Assembly: GCF_000400465.1 (NCBI RefSeq)
Contig: NW_008806274.1
Coordinates: 330,244 to 362,243, forward strand
DNA: 32,000 nucleotides
Source: Wallemia ichthyophaga EXF-994
Lineage: Eukaryota > Fungi > Basidiomycota
Reading direction: 5' to 3'
Shown here: positions 29,883-32,000 of the stretch, in pieces
How positions within the stretch are numbered: the stretch's first letter is position 1
Layout: each line of letters opens with the position of its first letter
Translations under genes and position numbers: made by a program
The notes under the pieces: generated by a model
Databases searched by the model: none
Told to the model about the DNA's origin: nothing
What the model saw: the letters and a program-made list of their open reading frames with translations, nothing else

Positions 29883-32000
29883 CTACAAATTATTCTTATC
29901 TTGATCGTTATTCTGCAGATTCAAATACGCTGGAGCCCTCTTTTGACTCGTTTCCTTGTCATTACCATCATCATCTGTCTTCAATCCTAATCCCATATTT
30001 AGCGTGTCTAATTGTTCAAACAATCCTCCTATCGCCGTGCCTGGTCTCTTTCGTCCATCTGACGTCAACTTTGGTCTTTGTAGCTGCGTTCTTGGCGGTG
30101 TTGGTTTTTGGTCCTCTTTGACACTCTCACTCTCATCTCCAGTCCCTCTTCTCGTCACTGGTATACTACTACTTGATGGATTATTCAACGTTGCCCACGC
30201 TGCCTTATATAGATTGCCCCCATTAGCGAATGATGATGTTGTTGATATACCCAACTCCTTGTCGAGATACTTTGCTAGGGAAGTGGTATAATCTGACCTT
30301 TGCGACAAGTATGGTCGAAGCATTGCTGGATCCAGCTTTGATAAATGCACGTCATCGCGCATATACGCCCTCAGCACTTCTGGTCTCACTATGAACAAGT
30401 TACCCAACTGTCTCAGCATTTCGTACCTCGGCTTGAGTATCGCTTGATTGAAATTAGTTATCGTTTCTTGATAGAGTGCTATATCCTTAGTCAACATGAG
30501 TCCACCTGTTGGATTCACTGAAAACTTTTTCAAATGATCCAGTAGCAACCCATGAAATGCTACTCCCAATTCTATCAAAAACTTATCCAAATTTGATCCT
30601 GTCAATGAATCCATCGCATAATCTCGTGCCGATGACAATACTTGACAGCATAGCAAACAAGGTTCGGTATTGATTCTGGCAAACGATGTGTCATCGTCTT
30701 TGGGTCTGAAATCGCCTTTGCGTTGTTTCTGTAGGCAGCTACCAAGGTAGTTTATCGTGACTGTGAGGAGCACCCGTTAAAGCTGTTTTTGATCAAGAGC
30801 CATCTACTACTCACCATCCATTAACTTCTGCAGTATTGTATTCAGTTTCACTTCTAGTCGATTAATCGTATTATTTGCAAACACAGCCAACTCCCTTTTC
30901 ATTCCAATCGCGCCGTTATTCGTTAGGGGTATGATAGTTGTTGCTGCATACCTTTGCCACAGCTGAGTAATTAAATCAGCAGGTGAACATATCTCCAAGC
31001 TTTCAAATGGTACATCATATTTGCTCGATTCAATCTTGTATATAGTGCTATCTATCGCTGTCTCAACATAAGATCCACCGATTGATTCCGCTAATGTTTG
31101 CAACAGCTTGAAAACATTCTTTGATAGATTGTTTGATAGCGTCAAGTCTATACATCTACCAACAGACTCTGCATTCCAGCGTAGCATCCTCTCTGCAACG
31201 TTTAATGATAATTTTCCATCGTTCTCGTCCAATTCCTTGTTGATTTCGTCGTTCTTCCCAGAAAGTTTTAACAAAGCAGCAGCAGATGATGAAGCAGTTG
31301 AGGTTTCGGACAATTGACTAACCACTCTATCTAAAACTGATGTTGATTTTAGTCCATGTGCGCTATTGTGGTATAATGTGAAGTTGGATAAAAATCCTGC
31401 GTATAATTCAGTTAAAGATTGACATTCAAGTGAGATATATCTTTCTCCTTCCATATACGGTACGAAGAGTTCATCGAGAGCCTGATCTAGCATCATAGAA
31501 ATTCCAGACGGACCAGCGAAAGTACCAGGTGCGACTAAAGCACTACCCATAGATTTTATTGAAGATGATAACGTGTCAAATTTTTTCAAATCATCGACTA
31601 AACCCGATATTGTCATTCTAGACAGGTGTAACATTCTCAAGAAGGCAAAGTTGGAAATAGCCCTAGAATGCTCTAGCAAGTCTTCAATTTTGGTTTGAAT
31701 TGATTGTGCAAACACTCTTTGCAAAAAAACTTGCATAACTACAGCAGGGTTTGGGAAGACAGCTTGTATGATTTGAGCTTCTTGTTCGACGGTGTTGCGT
31801 ATTTCGTTGACTAAGTCAGTCAAAGATGGTTCATTTGAAGGTGGTTGTACATCCGGATCACTTATCGAGGACCAGAGGTTAGAATCAAGATGATGTGATG
31901 GATCGGAGGAAGTCAGACCAATTTTATCCTTTGATATGAAGAAGTCATGTTGATTGACGTAAACTTGCATACAAGAAGCGCCACCATTGAAAGCTAAAAG
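29883..32000 (-). CDS. SEC10: Exocyst component Sec10 (EXOC5), 3' part; 5' end lies beyond the window
   Basis: CMQVYVNQHDFFISKDK, IIQAVFPNPAVVMQVFLQRVFAQSIQ, AERMLRWNAESVGRC, KQRKGDFRPKDDD, LDHLKKFSVNPTGGLMLTKDI and LRQLGNLFIV. Confidence 0.92.

Noticed and set aside
1-32000. Transposons, LTRs or CRISPR-like arrays
   Set aside because: No transposase or reverse-transcriptase ORFs, terminal repeats or regularly spaced repeat arrays were seen.

Overview
This is a 32-kb window of an extremely compact fungal genome. Introns are mostly 42-62 nt and many intergenic spacers are under 100 nt; this style and the protein sequences point to a basidiomycete such as Wallemia (inference). It holds about 19 tightly packed protein genes: a partial pericentrin-like coiled-coil gene, a Bni4-like PP1 subunit, dynein intermediate chain, sterol O-acyltransferase, VHS-less Vps27, BAT1, mitochondrial GluRS, Swi3/Rsc8, Lip2, ASNSD1, Vps5, Nfs1, a GATA factor, F-box Hrt3, zuotin, a type I DnaJ, a short Cog5-like gene, Mak16 and partial Sec10. 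The GATA zinc finger is split over four exons and is invisible in the ORF track. The only long protein-free stretch (about 21.5-23.5 kb) is a non-coding RNA island: a probable RNase MRP RNA, tRNA-Asp(GTC) and U1 snRNA. Between the last two lies an unexplained 800-nt interval with telomerase-RNA-like hallmarks on the minus strand (CTAACCTAACCT template-like tract, U-rich/A-rich pseudoknot-like segment, P5/P6/P6.1-like three-way junction). That candidate is the most exciting but unproven lead. Other oddities: a structured 172-nt C/D-box-like intron in NFS1, 24-nt and 54-nt bidirectional spacers, overlapping stop codons, a GC-AG intron and an intron inside a start codon. No transposons or CRISPR arrays were seen.
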